From: an uncultured SAR116 cluster alpha proteobacterium
GTDB lineage: Bacteria; Pseudomonadota; Alphaproteobacteria; Puniceispirillales; Puniceispirillaceae
Reading direction: 5' to 3'
Length of the DNA stretch: 64,000 bases
NCBI GenBank assembly: GCA_902523435.1
Contig: CABYZM010000001.1
Coordinates: forward strand, 22,354-86,353
How positions within the stretch are numbered: position 1 is the stretch's first letter; every line of letters starts with the position of its first letter. The position numbers and the translations under genes were made by a program. Of this stretch, positions 19,589 to 29,432 are shown in pieces. The notes under the pieces are model-generated. The model saw nothing but the letters and a program-made list of their open reading frames with translations, searched no databases and had not been told where the DNA came from.

Positions 19589-21013
19589 ATGACAGTGGCA
19601 GAAGATAGACAATTTAGGGACGAAAAAATCATTGATGAGCTGGTTGCTGCTGGCCGATTCGCTCAGCAACATTATGAAGCAAATGGGTCACAAGAAGTTT
19701 TCGACAAAGCTTGTCAGGCCGTAGCTTGGGTCTTGATGGAACCCAAGCGGAACAAACAACTTTCCAAACTGGCAGTCGCTGAAACTGGTCTTGGCAATGT
19801 GGCCGACAAAATAAAAAAAAACCATAATAAAACACTGGGGCTGATGCGTGACCTAAGGGATGTCAAAAGCTTCGGACATATCAGTGATGATAAGGAAAAA
19901 GGTCTGTCATCATATCTGCGCCCAAAGGGTGTCATTGCCGCGATAGTCCCGTCTACCAACCCTTTAGCCACACCTGTAAATAATATAATTAATGCCTTAA
20001 AAACAGGGAATGCGATAATTATTGCGCCAAGCCCAAAGGGAGTAAAGCCAGCAAGACTGTTGTTAGGCTATATTCATGACGCGATAGCCAAACTTGGCTT
20101 ACCTGCAGAACTTGTGCAGATGGTTCCTAGCCCCCCTTCCAAACTAAAGACACAAAAGCTAATGCAATTGGCTGACTTGGTAGTGGTCACAGGTTCGCAA
20201 AGCAATGTAAGGGCGGGATATATGTCTGGCACGCCCGCCATTGGTGTTGGTGCGGGAAATGTTGTGACAATCATCGATGAGACTGCCGATTTGAATGACG
20301 CAGCCACAAAAATTGCTACCTCTAAAACTTTTGACAACGCAACATCCTGTTCATCTGAAAATTCACTTGTAGTTGTAGAGCCAATATATGATCAGATGAT
20401 TGCTGCACTGGCTAATGCTGGCGGTTTTCTCTTGAATGATGAGCAGAGCCAGCTATTGCAATCAGTTCATTGGCAGAATGGGAAAATGACAACCACACTT
20501 CTGGCCCAGGATATTGACAAGGTGCTAGACGCAACAGGTCTTGACAAAACAGCTCCTAAAAACACTCAGTTTCTAATTTTACCTCAGTCTGATATTGGCC
20601 CAGAATATCCGCTGACAGGTGAAAAAATGGCCAGGTTTTTGTCAATACATAAAGCAGCCAATTTTGAAGGAGCTGTTGAAAAAGCTATAGCTATCCAGTC
20701 TTTCCAGGGGGCAGGACATTCACTTGGTTTGCATTCAGCAGATGATGAACGGGCCCACCATCTAGCCATGCGAGCGCGCACCTGCAGGGTCATAGTCAAT
20801 CAGGCACATTGTTTTGCAACGGGTGGTTTCTTTAATAATGGTATGCCCTTTTCCCTCTCAATGGGCTGTGGCAGTTGGGGCGGCAATTCAATTGATGAAA
20901 ATTTAAACTGGTCTCATTTTGTGAATCGGGTCAATGTGGTACGCGTTATTCCTGAGCAAAAACCAGAACTTGAGGATATTTTCGCCAGCTATTGGGATGA
21001 GTTTGGTAAATGA
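19589..21013 (+). CDS. sauS: Acylating sulfoacetaldehyde dehydrogenase, SauS-like
   Basis: PSTNP, GTPAIGVGAGN, SKTFDNATSCSSENS, ATGG.F.NG.PFSLSMGCG.WG; adjacent to a CoA ligase; start moved to ATG 19589. Confidence 0.8.
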   Translation: MTVAEDRQFRDEKIIDELVAAGRFAQQHYEANGSQEVFDKACQAVAWVLMEPKRNKQLSKLAVAETGLGNVADKIKKNHNKTLGLMRDLRDVKSFGHISDDKEKGLSSYLRPKGVIAAIVPSTNPLATPVNNIINALKTGNAIIIAPSPKGVKPARLLLGYIHDAIAKLGLPAELVQMVPSPPSKLKTQKLMQLADLVVVTGSQSNVRAGYMSGTPAIGVGAGNVVTIIDETADLNDAATKIATSKTFDNATSCSSENSLVVVEPIYDQMIAALANAGGFLLNDEQSQLLQSVHWQNGKMTTTLLAQDIDKVLDATGLDKTAPKNTQFLILPQSDIGPEYPLTGEKMARFLSIHKAANFEGAVEKAIAIQSFQGAGHSLGLHSADDERAHHLAMRARTCRVIVNQAHCFATGGFFNNGMPFSLSMGCGSWGGNSIDENLNWSHFVNRVNVVRVIPEQKPELEDIFASYWDEFGK

Positions 21014-22533
21014 CCAAAACCCTCCCATCAAGACTTGCCCATAATGCTGCCACTAAGGCAGACGGCATTTGGCTGACCTCACCCGAAACAGGACAGACAG
21101 TCAACTGGGCGCAGGCACAGCACACCATTCAGGATATTGTCAGTTATCTTCATAAGCTTGGGCTGCGTCCAGGTGAACCTGTTGCCATTGCCGCTCAAAA
21201 CTGCATTGCTAGCGCAGTATTATTCACCGCAATTACAAGTGCGGGATATCTGGGCACGCCTCTGAACCTGGTATCTGGGACTAAGGCTATCTCTTATGTT
21301 CTGAGCCATTGTCAAGCAAAGGTATTATTCTGCTCACCTGAAAACAAAGCCCTTATGGATGAAGTGCTGAGCGAAGCACAGCATGAGATTCTGATAATAC
21401 CGCTACACACTGAAACGGGCCCCATCTGGCCGGAAGATTTTAAATGGGCTCAAGCTCCCACAACTGACGCCCCACATCCGGACAGCCCTGCTCTACTGAT
21501 GTATACGTCTGGCACAACCGGCAATCCCAAAGGCGTTGTCCTGTCACACGCAAATCTGCTGGCTGCTGGGCAAAATGTTGTCACAGCACATAAAATTACA
21601 AGTGAAGACACGGGCTTGTGTGTTTTGCCCATCTATCATATTAACGGGATGTGCGTGACAGTGATGGGATCATTAGTCTCAGCCAGCGGTTTAATAATAC
21701 CCTATAAATTTTCCGTTTCTTCCTTCTGGCCTCAAGTCAAGCAACACAACGTAAGCTGGTTTAGCGCGGTGCCAACTCTGTTTGCCTATCTTCTGAATGA
21801 CGATGTCACGCCTGACATAAATACAGACAGACTACGTTTTGCTCGTTCAGCATCTGCCCCCCTGCCCCCTGAAACACATCGAAAATTTGAAACCCGCTTC
21901 GGCATCCCAATAATTGAAACAATGGGGCTGACAGAAACCGGTGCGCAAATTTTATCCAACCCCCTGCCTCCTGGTGAACGGAAGATTGGCTCACCAGGCG
22001 AGGCAATTGGCAATGAAGTAATTATCGCAGATGACCAACAAAACCAAGTTGCTGCTAGGGTTACAGGCGAAATTCTCATTCGTGGCGCAAATGTCATGCA
22101 GGGGTATCTTCATCAGCCAGAGGAAACGGCAAAAACAATTACAACAGATGGCTGGCTGAGGACAGGTGACCTGGGCCATATGGATGACGACGGCTATGTG
22201 TTTGTGACGGGCCGGATAAAAGAATTGATCATTAAAGGCGGGGAGAACATCGCCCCACGCGAAATTGACGAAACCTTATTGGAACATGATTGCGTTCTTG
22301 AAGCAGCCGCTTTTGCTGTGCCTTGCGAAAATTACGGACAGCGGGTAGAAGCCTGTATCCGTTTGAAGCCAGGCATGCACGCTGCTGCGGACAGTCTAAT
22401 ACAACATTGTAAGGACCGACTTGGTAAATTTAAATCGCCGGACAATATTCATATTCTTGATGATTTACCCAAGGGGCCATCTGGCAAAGTCCAGCGTTTG
22501 AAGCTCTATGATCTGGTTTATGACAGAAGTTAA
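21010..22533 (+). CDS. sauT: Acyl-CoA ligase, sulfoacetate-CoA ligase SauT-like
   Basis: YTSGTTGNPKG, LP.YHING, RSASAPL, ETMGLTET, TGDLG, GR.KELIIKGGENIAPREIDE; ATGA-coupled to sauS. Confidence 0.75.
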   Translation: MTKTLPSRLAHNAATKADGIWLTSPETGQTVNWAQAQHTIQDIVSYLHKLGLRPGEPVAIAAQNCIASAVLFTAITSAGYLGTPLNLVSGTKAISYVLSHCQAKVLFCSPENKALMDEVLSEAQHEILIIPLHTETGPIWPEDFKWAQAPTTDAPHPDSPALLMYTSGTTGNPKGVVLSHANLLAAGQNVVTAHKITSEDTGLCVLPIYHINGMCVTVMGSLVSASGLIIPYKFSVSSFWPQVKQHNVSWFSAVPTLFAYLLNDDVTPDINTDRLRFARSASAPLPPETHRKFETRFGIPIIETMGLTETGAQILSNPLPPGERKIGSPGEAIGNEVIIADDQQNQVAARVTGEILIRGANVMQGYLHQPEETAKTITTDGWLRTGDLGHMDDDGYVFVTGRIKELIIKGGENIAPREIDETLLEHDCVLEAAAFAVPCENYGQRVEACIRLKPGMHAAADSLIQHCKDRLGKFKSPDNIHILDDLPKGPSGKVQRLKLYDLVYDRS

Positions 22534-22566
22534 CAAGCCGACAAAGCCATGTGGTGAGGGTTTACT

Positions 22567-23337
22567 GTGACTGACGTTTTGCAAGTATTACTGCTGCCGA
22601 ACTTGCCAGTTCACTATATTCCAGTCATTCTTGCTGCCTTTTTATGTTCAGGCATCATTAAAGGATTTTTAGGTATCGGCCTGCCTGCTGCAGCAATGGC
22701 TCTATTGACGATTTTTATCGACCCAAAGACAGCCATCTCCTTAATGGTTCTGCCGATCATCTTCGCCAACATCATGCAATTTTTTCGTTCAGAAGAGCGT
22801 CGCCAAACAGCACAAAAATATAAATACTTTGCACTTACTATTATGTTCAGTATTTTCATCACCTCTTTGTTTATCGCTTCTTACCCAACCGCCCTATTAA
22901 CAGTGGCAATTGGTGTGGCGATGGTTGTGTTTTCTCTTAATCTTTTATTTGGCATGACCCTTCCCATATCTAGTCATTTGGGATGGCAGGTCGGTGTAGG
23001 CTTGATCTCAGGAATCTTGGGCGGGCTTAGTTCTATTTGGTCACCACCAGTGGCAATGTATCTCTTGGCCCGCAATGTATCAAAAGAGGAATTTATTGGC
23101 GCCTCAGGCTTTTTGTTCCTTGCAGGTTGCTTCCCGCTTGCAGCTGGGCTCATCTTGTCAGGTGTGCTGACCTTTGAGGCGGCGTTGCAGTCAGTCTTGG
23201 GCCTGATAGCTGTTGTTATAGGATTTCGCATTGGCGAGTTGATGCGCAGCTATATTTCTCAGGATTTATTCCGCAAAATTGTATTAAGTGTGTTTTTAAT
23301 TTTAGGCGCGCGTTTGATTATGACTGGCCTACTTTAG
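22567..23337 (+). CDS. TauE/SafE sulfite exporter family
   Basis: GIIKG.LG.GLP, SG.LGGLSS...PP, FRKIVL; GTG start with GAGG RBS. Confidence 0.82.
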   Translation: MTDVLQVLLLPNLPVHYIPVILAAFLCSGIIKGFLGIGLPAAAMALLTIFIDPKTAISLMVLPIIFANIMQFFRSEERRQTAQKYKYFALTIMFSIFITSLFIASYPTALLTVAIGVAMVVFSLNLLFGMTLPISSHLGWQVGVGLISGILGGLSSIWSPPVAMYLLARNVSKEEFIGASGFLFLAGCFPLAAGLILSGVLTFEAALQSVLGLIAVVIGFRIGELMRSYISQDLFRKIVLSVFLILGARLIMTGLL

Positions 23338-23339
23338 CC

Positions 23340-24263
23340 CTATTGAATTTGATTGAATATTGAAAACAAGCCTTTCTGTGTAGCTTGTTCTGAATCTGCA
23401 ACATTAAAAACGAAACCAAAATGTTCAAATGCGTTCTGATAAGTCTGCTTCAGATCTCCAGACGACATCAAAGTAACAGACCTATTCTGTACAAGTGACT
23501 TTGCAGCCAAACATTCAGCACCAACCAGCACACCGGATAACAAGGTAAGTATATCTGACTTGGCAAATTGACCTGTCAAAGCACCCGCACGGATTGCAAA
23601 CATCTGATGCAGCAGGCCAGCGGCACTTTTAGCAAGTGTAAGCCCTTTACAGAATATATCTGACTTACTGTCTGCAACTGCCTGGCTATCTATGAGTGGC
23701 GCAAGTATAGAGCGCGTTCGCATCAATTCAAACAACTCACCTGTCATAAATGTCGTCAGCTGATTTACTTGGCCCTCTCTTGCAACAATCCATTTTGAAT
23801 GCGTGCCTGGCAAACAAAACACAGCCTCGCAGTCTGTTTGTTGCTGTAACCATCCTGCCAGCAATGTCTCCTCACCGCGAACAACATCATTTAAGCCAGC
23901 GACAGATACACCTCTTATTCCAGGAACAATCATCACATTTAATTGCGTGTCAGGCACCTTGACCATTCCTGAAGAAAGCTCATCAACACCAATTTGACCA
24001 GACAGATATCCAGCTTCATACCAGCCCTGCGCACTACCAATCATTCCGCACATGATAATAGCTATATCTTCATGTTCTACCAACCAACTGCCGATTGCCA
24101 TCCGCAGCGTTTTTTCAAACGACCGTTCTGTTATTTGTCTAATGCCAAAAGGTCCTTGAACAAGGCCCAACACACCGCCTTTGTCATCAAACAGCCAGGC
24201 ACGGAATGAACTAGTTCCCCAATCAACTCCAATAAAGGCTGGTCTCTGTTCAGCTTCTGACAT
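23340..24263 (-). CDS. dgoK: 2-dehydro-3-deoxygalactonokinase
   Basis: VDWGTSSFRAW, CGMIGS.QGW.EA.Y, DV.RGEET, PGTHSKW, FMTGELF. Confidence 0.88.
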   Translation of the reverse strand: MSEAEQRPAFIGVDWGTSSFRAWLFDDKGGVLGLVQGPFGIRQITERSFEKTLRMAIGSWLVEHEDIAIIMCGMIGSAQGWYEAGYLSGQIGVDELSSGMVKVPDTQLNVMIVPGIRGVSVAGLNDVVRGEETLLAGWLQQQTDCEAVFCLPGTHSKWIVAREGQVNQLTTFMTGELFELMRTRSILAPLIDSQAVADSKSDIFCKGLTLAKSAAGLLHQMFAIRAGALTGQFAKSDILTLLSGVLVGAECLAAKSLVQNRSVTLMSSGDLKQTYQNAFEHFGFVFNVADSEQATQKGLFSIFNQIQ

Positions 24264-24518
24264 TAGCTCTCCTCAAGAATAGGGACAAACATGAATGTTT
24301 TCAAAATTCCACTTTTATGCCTCTGATCAGATGAGCCAGACACACCACAAGATTAAAGGCTTACACTCGCTGCACTTTTATTTCCTACTAAGGCAGGTAA
24401 AAATTCTCTTCCAGACTGTAGCGCAGATTAGCTTCCAGTTAAGCATACTGGATTTTGCCTTGCCAAGAGAGTATGCCAATAGAAGTGAAAACCCTTTTTT
24501 AGAGGACATCGACTAATC

Positions 24519-25316
24519 ATGCAATTTGCTAGAATTAACGACATTACCCTCCACTATCAACATATTACAGCACCAGAGGGTAGTCCTGTCCTTGTTTTTT
24601 CAAATTCACTAGCCACAGATTTCCGTATCTGGCGGGATGTTATCGTCAGGCTTGTTGGCAAGGCGGAAATTATTACCTATGACAATCGTGGCCACGGCTT
24701 ATCCGATATAGGAAGCCCTCCCTACCACCTTGATGAACTAGTTGGCGATTTAGCAGGTCTGCTTGACTTAATGGGGAAGAAGGATGTTTTTATCTGTGGC
24801 TTATCTGTTGGCGGAATGATCGCACAGAGGTTAGCCACCCTCCGCCCCGGTCTGACAAAGGGACTAATTTTATGCGATACAGCTTCAAAAATTGGAAATC
24901 CTGAGATGTGGGATGAACGTATGCAAGTTGCTCGTTCAGAAGGGCTGTCAGCTTTAGTGGATGGAAATATGCAACGTTGGTTTACACAAAATTTTCACGC
25001 CCTTCGTTCAGATGAGCTGGCAGGCTATTGTAATATGTTCTTACGGACACCTCTTCAGGGATATTTGGGGACTGCGACGGCCCTGCGGAATGCTGATTTA
25101 ACCTCGGCTGCAGTCCATCTTGACTTGCCTGTAATTTGTGTAGTGGGTGAGGATGATGGCTCAACACCACCAGAAATTGTGCTTGACACAGCTAACCTCA
25201 TTCCGAACGCAGATTTCAAATTAATCAAGGGGGCAGGCCACATTCCCTGTGTTGAGCAACCTGAGATGCTCAGCGAAATTATTTCCAAATTTCTAGCTGA
25301 CCACACCGCGCCTTAA
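24519..25316 (+). CDS. pcaD: 3-oxoadipate enol-lactonase
   Basis: FSNSL.TD.RIW, YD.RGHGLS, GLSVGG, TA.KIG..E.W..R, RWFT, DGSTPP, GHIPCVEQP. Confidence 0.85.
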   Translation: MQFARINDITLHYQHITAPEGSPVLVFSNSLATDFRIWRDVIVRLVGKAEIITYDNRGHGLSDIGSPPYHLDELVGDLAGLLDLMGKKDVFICGLSVGGMIAQRLATLRPGLTKGLILCDTASKIGNPEMWDERMQVARSEGLSALVDGNMQRWFTQNFHALRSDELAGYCNMFLRTPLQGYLGTATALRNADLTSAAVHLDLPVICVVGEDDGSTPPEIVLDTANLIPNADFKLIKGAGHIPCVEQPEMLSEIISKFLADHTAP

Positions 25317-25361
25317 CGCACCTAGCCGCGCGGTATATTCATTATCAGAAAAAGGATTTTT

Positions 25362-26288
25362 ATGGTTTCTAGGCTTCTGAGCTCTGCCTTTACATCCGCA
25401 CCTCTTCTTCTCAGCCTCGCCACATTAGGATGGGCGGGAAATACTATTGCTGGCCGCCTTGCTGTTGGTGAAGTGTCTCCTCTTGTGATTGTGTTCATGC
25501 GGTGGACAATTGTTTTTGCCATTCTGCTGATGACCAAACGCAAAGAACTGCCTGCAGCTTTGCCCAAGCTAAAAGGTAAATGGCCATGGGTATTTATGAT
25601 GGGTGCCTTAGGTCTCTCTTTTTTCAACACGCTTTTTTATATCGCTGCACAATCTACAACAGCAATTAATCTGGGCCTTATTCAATGTGCTATGCCAATG
25701 TTCATCTTGATAGGTGCAACATTGATTTTAAAAACGAAACTGACTTTCGGGCAGATTATCGGAACAATTCTGACGATGGCTGGTGTTCTTCTTATAATTA
25801 GTAAAGGTGATTTTTCATTTTTAGTTGGACTGCAAATCAATAAAGGTGACTGGATAATGCTAGGTGCCTGCATCTTTTACGCCGGTTATACCATAGGCCT
25901 TCAAAATCGTCCGGATATCGATAATATGACCATGATGACAGTCTTTGCTGGGGCGGCATGGGTTTTATCTATTCCGATTTTACTTATTGAAGTCACTCAA
26001 GGCACGGCACAATGGCCGGCTACTCAACTAGCCTGGTTAATTGTTTTATTCATCTCACTTATTCCGTCTTTTATATCACAGGTTTTTTATATGCGTGGGG
26101 TTGATTTAATAGGCCCGGACCGGGCCGGCGTGTATTCCAACCTTGTGCCTATTTATAGCGCGGCTCTGGGTGTACTGATTTTGAATGAAGCGTTCAGCTT
26201 ATATCATTTCTTATCAATCATCATCGTTATAACGGGGCTGACTGTTATTTCCCGATCAAAGCCCATTGAAAACCATCTGGTGAGTTAA
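25362..26288 (+). CDS. DMT/EamA family transporter
   Basis: WAGN.IAGR, RW, FFNTL.Y.A, TTAIN, GV..IGP.RAG...NLVP. Confidence 0.85.
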   Translation: MVSRLLSSAFTSAPLLLSLATLGWAGNTIAGRLAVGEVSPLVIVFMRWTIVFAILLMTKRKELPAALPKLKGKWPWVFMMGALGLSFFNTLFYIAAQSTTAINLGLIQCAMPMFILIGATLILKTKLTFGQIIGTILTMAGVLLIISKGDFSFLVGLQINKGDWIMLGACIFYAGYTIGLQNRPDIDNMTMMTVFAGAAWVLSIPILLIEVTQGTAQWPATQLAWLIVLFISLIPSFISQVFYMRGVDLIGPDRAGVYSNLVPIYSAALGVLILNEAFSLYHFLSIIIVITGLTVISRSKPIENHLVS

Positions 26289-27538
26289 GCAGCGATTGTT
26301 TTCATGGCTGCTAAAAACTGAGCAACCTCATGTTCACTATTGTAGTGACACATGGACACCCGTACACAGCCATCCAGCCCTAAAGGGTCCAGAATGTTTC
26401 CAGAATAATGATCAGCTTTGCGCAGATGCGTTCTGATGCCCTGCTCGTTCAATTTTTTCACTACATCAGCTGAATTTAATCCGTCAACCACAAGCGAAAC
26501 CAGACCTTCACGCGCAGGATTATCGACACCTCCAATGATTTTGACTTTGTCCATTTCAACAAGGCCAGGTAAATTGCCCGTACCATTGATCATAGCATCA
26601 GTCAGCCTCTTTTCGTGTGCGTGGATAGCTGCACCTGCAGCGATAAATCTTGTTCGTTTATCAACAGATTCTGTTACATTACTGCCCAGCCATTCCAGAT
26701 AATCAACGACTTCTGAGATTGTAGCATAAGCGCCGGTATCTCGAGTGCCCAGTTCCCAGTTATGCTCGGGTCCGCCAACAAGAGAGTCATGCGGCAGGTC
26801 TGTCAACCGGTCTGAAATCCAAGCTAGACCATAACCATGCCGGGAAAACATTTTATATGGAGAGATCACGTAACCATCCACATCATAAGAGGCAATATCA
26901 ATTTGCCCATGAGCTGCATGCTGAATACCATCAACAATTATATAACAATTCGGCGAGACAGCCCGAATAGCTTTCGAAATTGCCGCAACATCCATTCCCA
27001 TTCCGGTAACAGGAGAGGTATGCAAAATGGTCGCCACTTTGGTGGCTTGCGTTACATGTGCGGTATAATCTTCTGCCTTTACCAAACCAAGATCATCATC
27101 ATGCGTGATCAAAACATGGGTCTTACGACTAACTTTTGACCAGCGTGCACACGCGCTTCTGGTTGCCGGATGTTCAACGGTAGAGCCAAGTACCACTCCG
27201 CCATCTTCTGTGCCAAGGCAGGCATTCATCACCAGCCTAAAAATCAATTCAGTTCCGCTTTCACCGACGAAAAACTGACCTGACGGGGCATTCATAAATA
27301 CGCGCAGATCATCCTTTGCCTTCTGAATAACCCGCACCAGTTCGTGTGAGCCAGGATTATCACGGCCCTGATTATCTGGAATCGCCGCATAGTCACGTGA
27401 CACATCAACCACCCTATTTAAGGTTAATGCCCCACCCGCATTTTCAAAAAACACACGTTGTCCTTGAACAGGGCAACTGTCTATCTGAGCAAATTTTGAC
27501 CGGATATCATTCAGTAATTCATTTGAAATTGTTGGCAT
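26285..27538 (-). CDS. Class V aminotransferase-fold PLP enzyme (cysteine desulfurase-like, lacks catalytic Cys)
   Basis: FFENAGG, EHP, VDG.QH..H, SPYK (PLP Lys), VRVS..HYN; start moved to ATG 27538 after GAGAGA RBS. Confidence 0.82.
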   Translation of the reverse strand: MPTISNELLNDIRSKFAQIDSCPVQGQRVFFENAGGALTLNRVVDVSRDYAAIPDNQGRDNPGSHELVRVIQKAKDDLRVFMNAPSGQFFVGESGTELIFRLVMNACLGTEDGGVVLGSTVEHPATRSACARWSKVSRKTHVLITHDDDLGLVKAEDYTAHVTQATKVATILHTSPVTGMGMDVAAISKAIRAVSPNCYIIVDGIQHAAHGQIDIASYDVDGYVISPYKMFSRHGYGLAWISDRLTDLPHDSLVGGPEHNWELGTRDTGAYATISEVVDYLEWLGSNVTESVDKRTRFIAAGAAIHAHEKRLTDAMINGTGNLPGLVEMDKVKIIGGVDNPAREGLVSLVVDGLNSADVVKKLNEQGIRTHLRKADHYSGNILDPLGLDGCVRVSMCHYNSEHEVAQFLAAMKTIAA

Positions 27539-27704
27539 TCTTCTCTCTTTTAATCGTCTTTGCAAAACATTAGCATTAAATTATCTTGTGCGCTGCAAAA
27601 CCAAAAGAGATTATCTCAAATGACGGGCATTTCTTATTCTGAAGTGCGAAATGTCCTTCTTAAGGCACAGCCTCAGTCCAGCAGCGATTTAACTTAAAAT
27701 ATAA

Positions 27705-28382
27705 TTACGTTTTTCCAAAGATCTGTTTTTGAAAGATGCTTGCAATGCCAGCGCCAAACTTTAAATGGGTGTCTTCACTCCAATGGATCGGATCGTTTTC
27801 TGAAGAACAGCCAAACTGGTTGCCATCAATAACTCGCAAGCTGACAGCCGCACCAGCTATCTGAATAGCAGATGAAAGACCAGAAGATTTTTCGAAAGCA
27901 CCTGTCCATTCTTCTGCTCTTTCCCAGGCAGGATCACTTGCCCGCCGGCCAATCACAAGAGGACAAATCAAAGTGACATCTGCTGGCTGTGCTGCTGCCC
28001 AGCTCCCCTGACCTACAGCTAGATTACGGGCAAGTTGGCCCAAGCTTATAAAAGCTAGTGCAATATCGTCAGCTGACCTGTCAAACCGGGCCTTTAAATC
28101 ATTTGTTCCCAACATAATCACAATATGGTCAAGAGGCTGATGCGAGCGCAAAACTGTTTCTAAATGGGCTCTTCCATTAAATCCATTGCCCATCATTGGA
28201 TCATCAAGATCTGTTGTGCGACCAGGCAAACATTCTTCGATCAACGTTACTGGAAGGGTTTCAGACAGATGTCTGGACATCTCTATTGGCCACCGCCTGT
28301 CATATCTCATCCCCTGTTGGTTATCCAAATACCCCCAGCTATTTGAGTCTCCATAAACTAATATCCGTATCTTTTTAGACAT
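27705..28382 (-). CDS. SGNH/GDSL hydrolase (arylesterase-like)
   Basis: GDSNSWG, EE.LPGRTT, MLGTND, DPIH. Confidence 0.88.
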   Translation of the reverse strand: MSKKIRILVYGDSNSWGYLDNQQGMRYDRRWPIEMSRHLSETLPVTLIEECLPGRTTDLDDPMMGNGFNGRAHLETVLRSHQPLDHIVIMLGTNDLKARFDRSADDIALAFISLGQLARNLAVGQGSWAAAQPADVTLICPLVIGRRASDPAWERAEEWTGAFEKSSGLSSAIQIAGAAVSLRVIDGNQFGCSSENDPIHWSEDTHLKFGAGIASIFQKQIFGKT

Positions 28383-28540
28383 TCCTCCCTCATTCTTTGC
28401 ATTGCTAGGTTCACTAGTCTAGCACTGCAAGCGCTACGGCGTCATCTTTTTGCTTTAATCCTTTTCTTGTGAGGACTGACTTTGTTACATCCATCTGTTA
28501 GAGTTAGAGAGGAAATTAAATTAAAATTGGGGACAACCCG

Positions 28541-29428
28541 ATGTCAGTTGAAATCTCAACAATCGTTGCTGGTGCAGAGCGTCTTGGCGAGGGCGCAGTC
28601 TGGGACACAGAAGATCAGAGACTATGGTGGGTGGATATTACGGGTGGTTTGATACACTGTTATGATCCGGAAGATAAGAGTAACCAGAGTTTTGCCTTTG
28701 GCGAACCTGTTGGCTGTATTGCAAGACGTGAGCATGGCGGCCTTGTTGTGGCTGCCAAATCGGGCTTCTGGTTTTTTGACCCGCACACTGGCCAGAAACG
28801 GCATATTATAGATCCCGAAAAAGATCTGCCAGAAAACAGGTTTAATGATGGCACGGTAGACCCAGCCGGGCGGTTTTGGGCAGGAACCATGAAAGATGGT
28901 GGCGAGCCTAAACAACAGGGGAAGTTTTATCTGCTTGATACAGACTTGAAGCTGACTGAGATGGACAAACTGTTCTATACTACCAACGGCCTCGCTTTCT
29001 CGCCAAACGGGGACACTATTTATTTTTCGGACAGCAACAAACTGACTCGCACGATTTGGTCTTGCACTTATGACAGCGCGACCGGTTTAACCGGAAAAGC
29101 TAAAACTTTTTTTGATACCCGCCAGGTTAACGGAAGACCAGACGGCGGCACTGTTGACGCAGAAGGCTGCTATTGGATGGCTGGTGTCAGCGGTTGGCAG
29201 ATTTACCGCATTTCGCCAGAGGGTGAACTGCTATTTACGCTGGATGTGCCTGTTGAAAAACCCACCAAACCAATGTTTGGTAGCAAAAACCTCGACATAT
29301 TATATCTAACTTCTATTGGCTTTGGCCTGACTGAGGGAAGCGAAGCCAACCAGCCGGATGCAGGTGGTCTGTTTGCTATAAAAGGCCTTGGCGTGACAGG
29401 CCTTAAGCAGCCACGTTTCAAAGGATAA
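28541..29428 (+). CDS. SMP-30/gluconolactonase family lactonase
   Basis: LGEG.VW, NRFNDG.VDP.GRFWAGTM, NGLAFSP, PDG..VD.EG.YW. Confidence 0.9.
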   Translation: MSVEISTIVAGAERLGEGAVWDTEDQRLWWVDITGGLIHCYDPEDKSNQSFAFGEPVGCIARREHGGLVVAAKSGFWFFDPHTGQKRHIIDPEKDLPENRFNDGTVDPAGRFWAGTMKDGGEPKQQGKFYLLDTDLKLTEMDKLFYTTNGLAFSPNGDTIYFSDSNKLTRTIWSCTYDSATGLTGKAKTFFDTRQVNGRPDGGTVDAEGCYWMAGVSGWQIYRISPEGELLFTLDVPVEKPTKPMFGSKNLDILYLTSIGFGLTEGSEANQPDAGGLFAIKGLGVTGLKQPRFKG

Positions 29429-29432
29429 CTAC

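Noticed and set aside
24295-24516. 73-aa ORF in the dgoK-pcaD spacer
   Set aside because: No recognisable motifs or protein-like composition; the region is more simply a divergent promoter.
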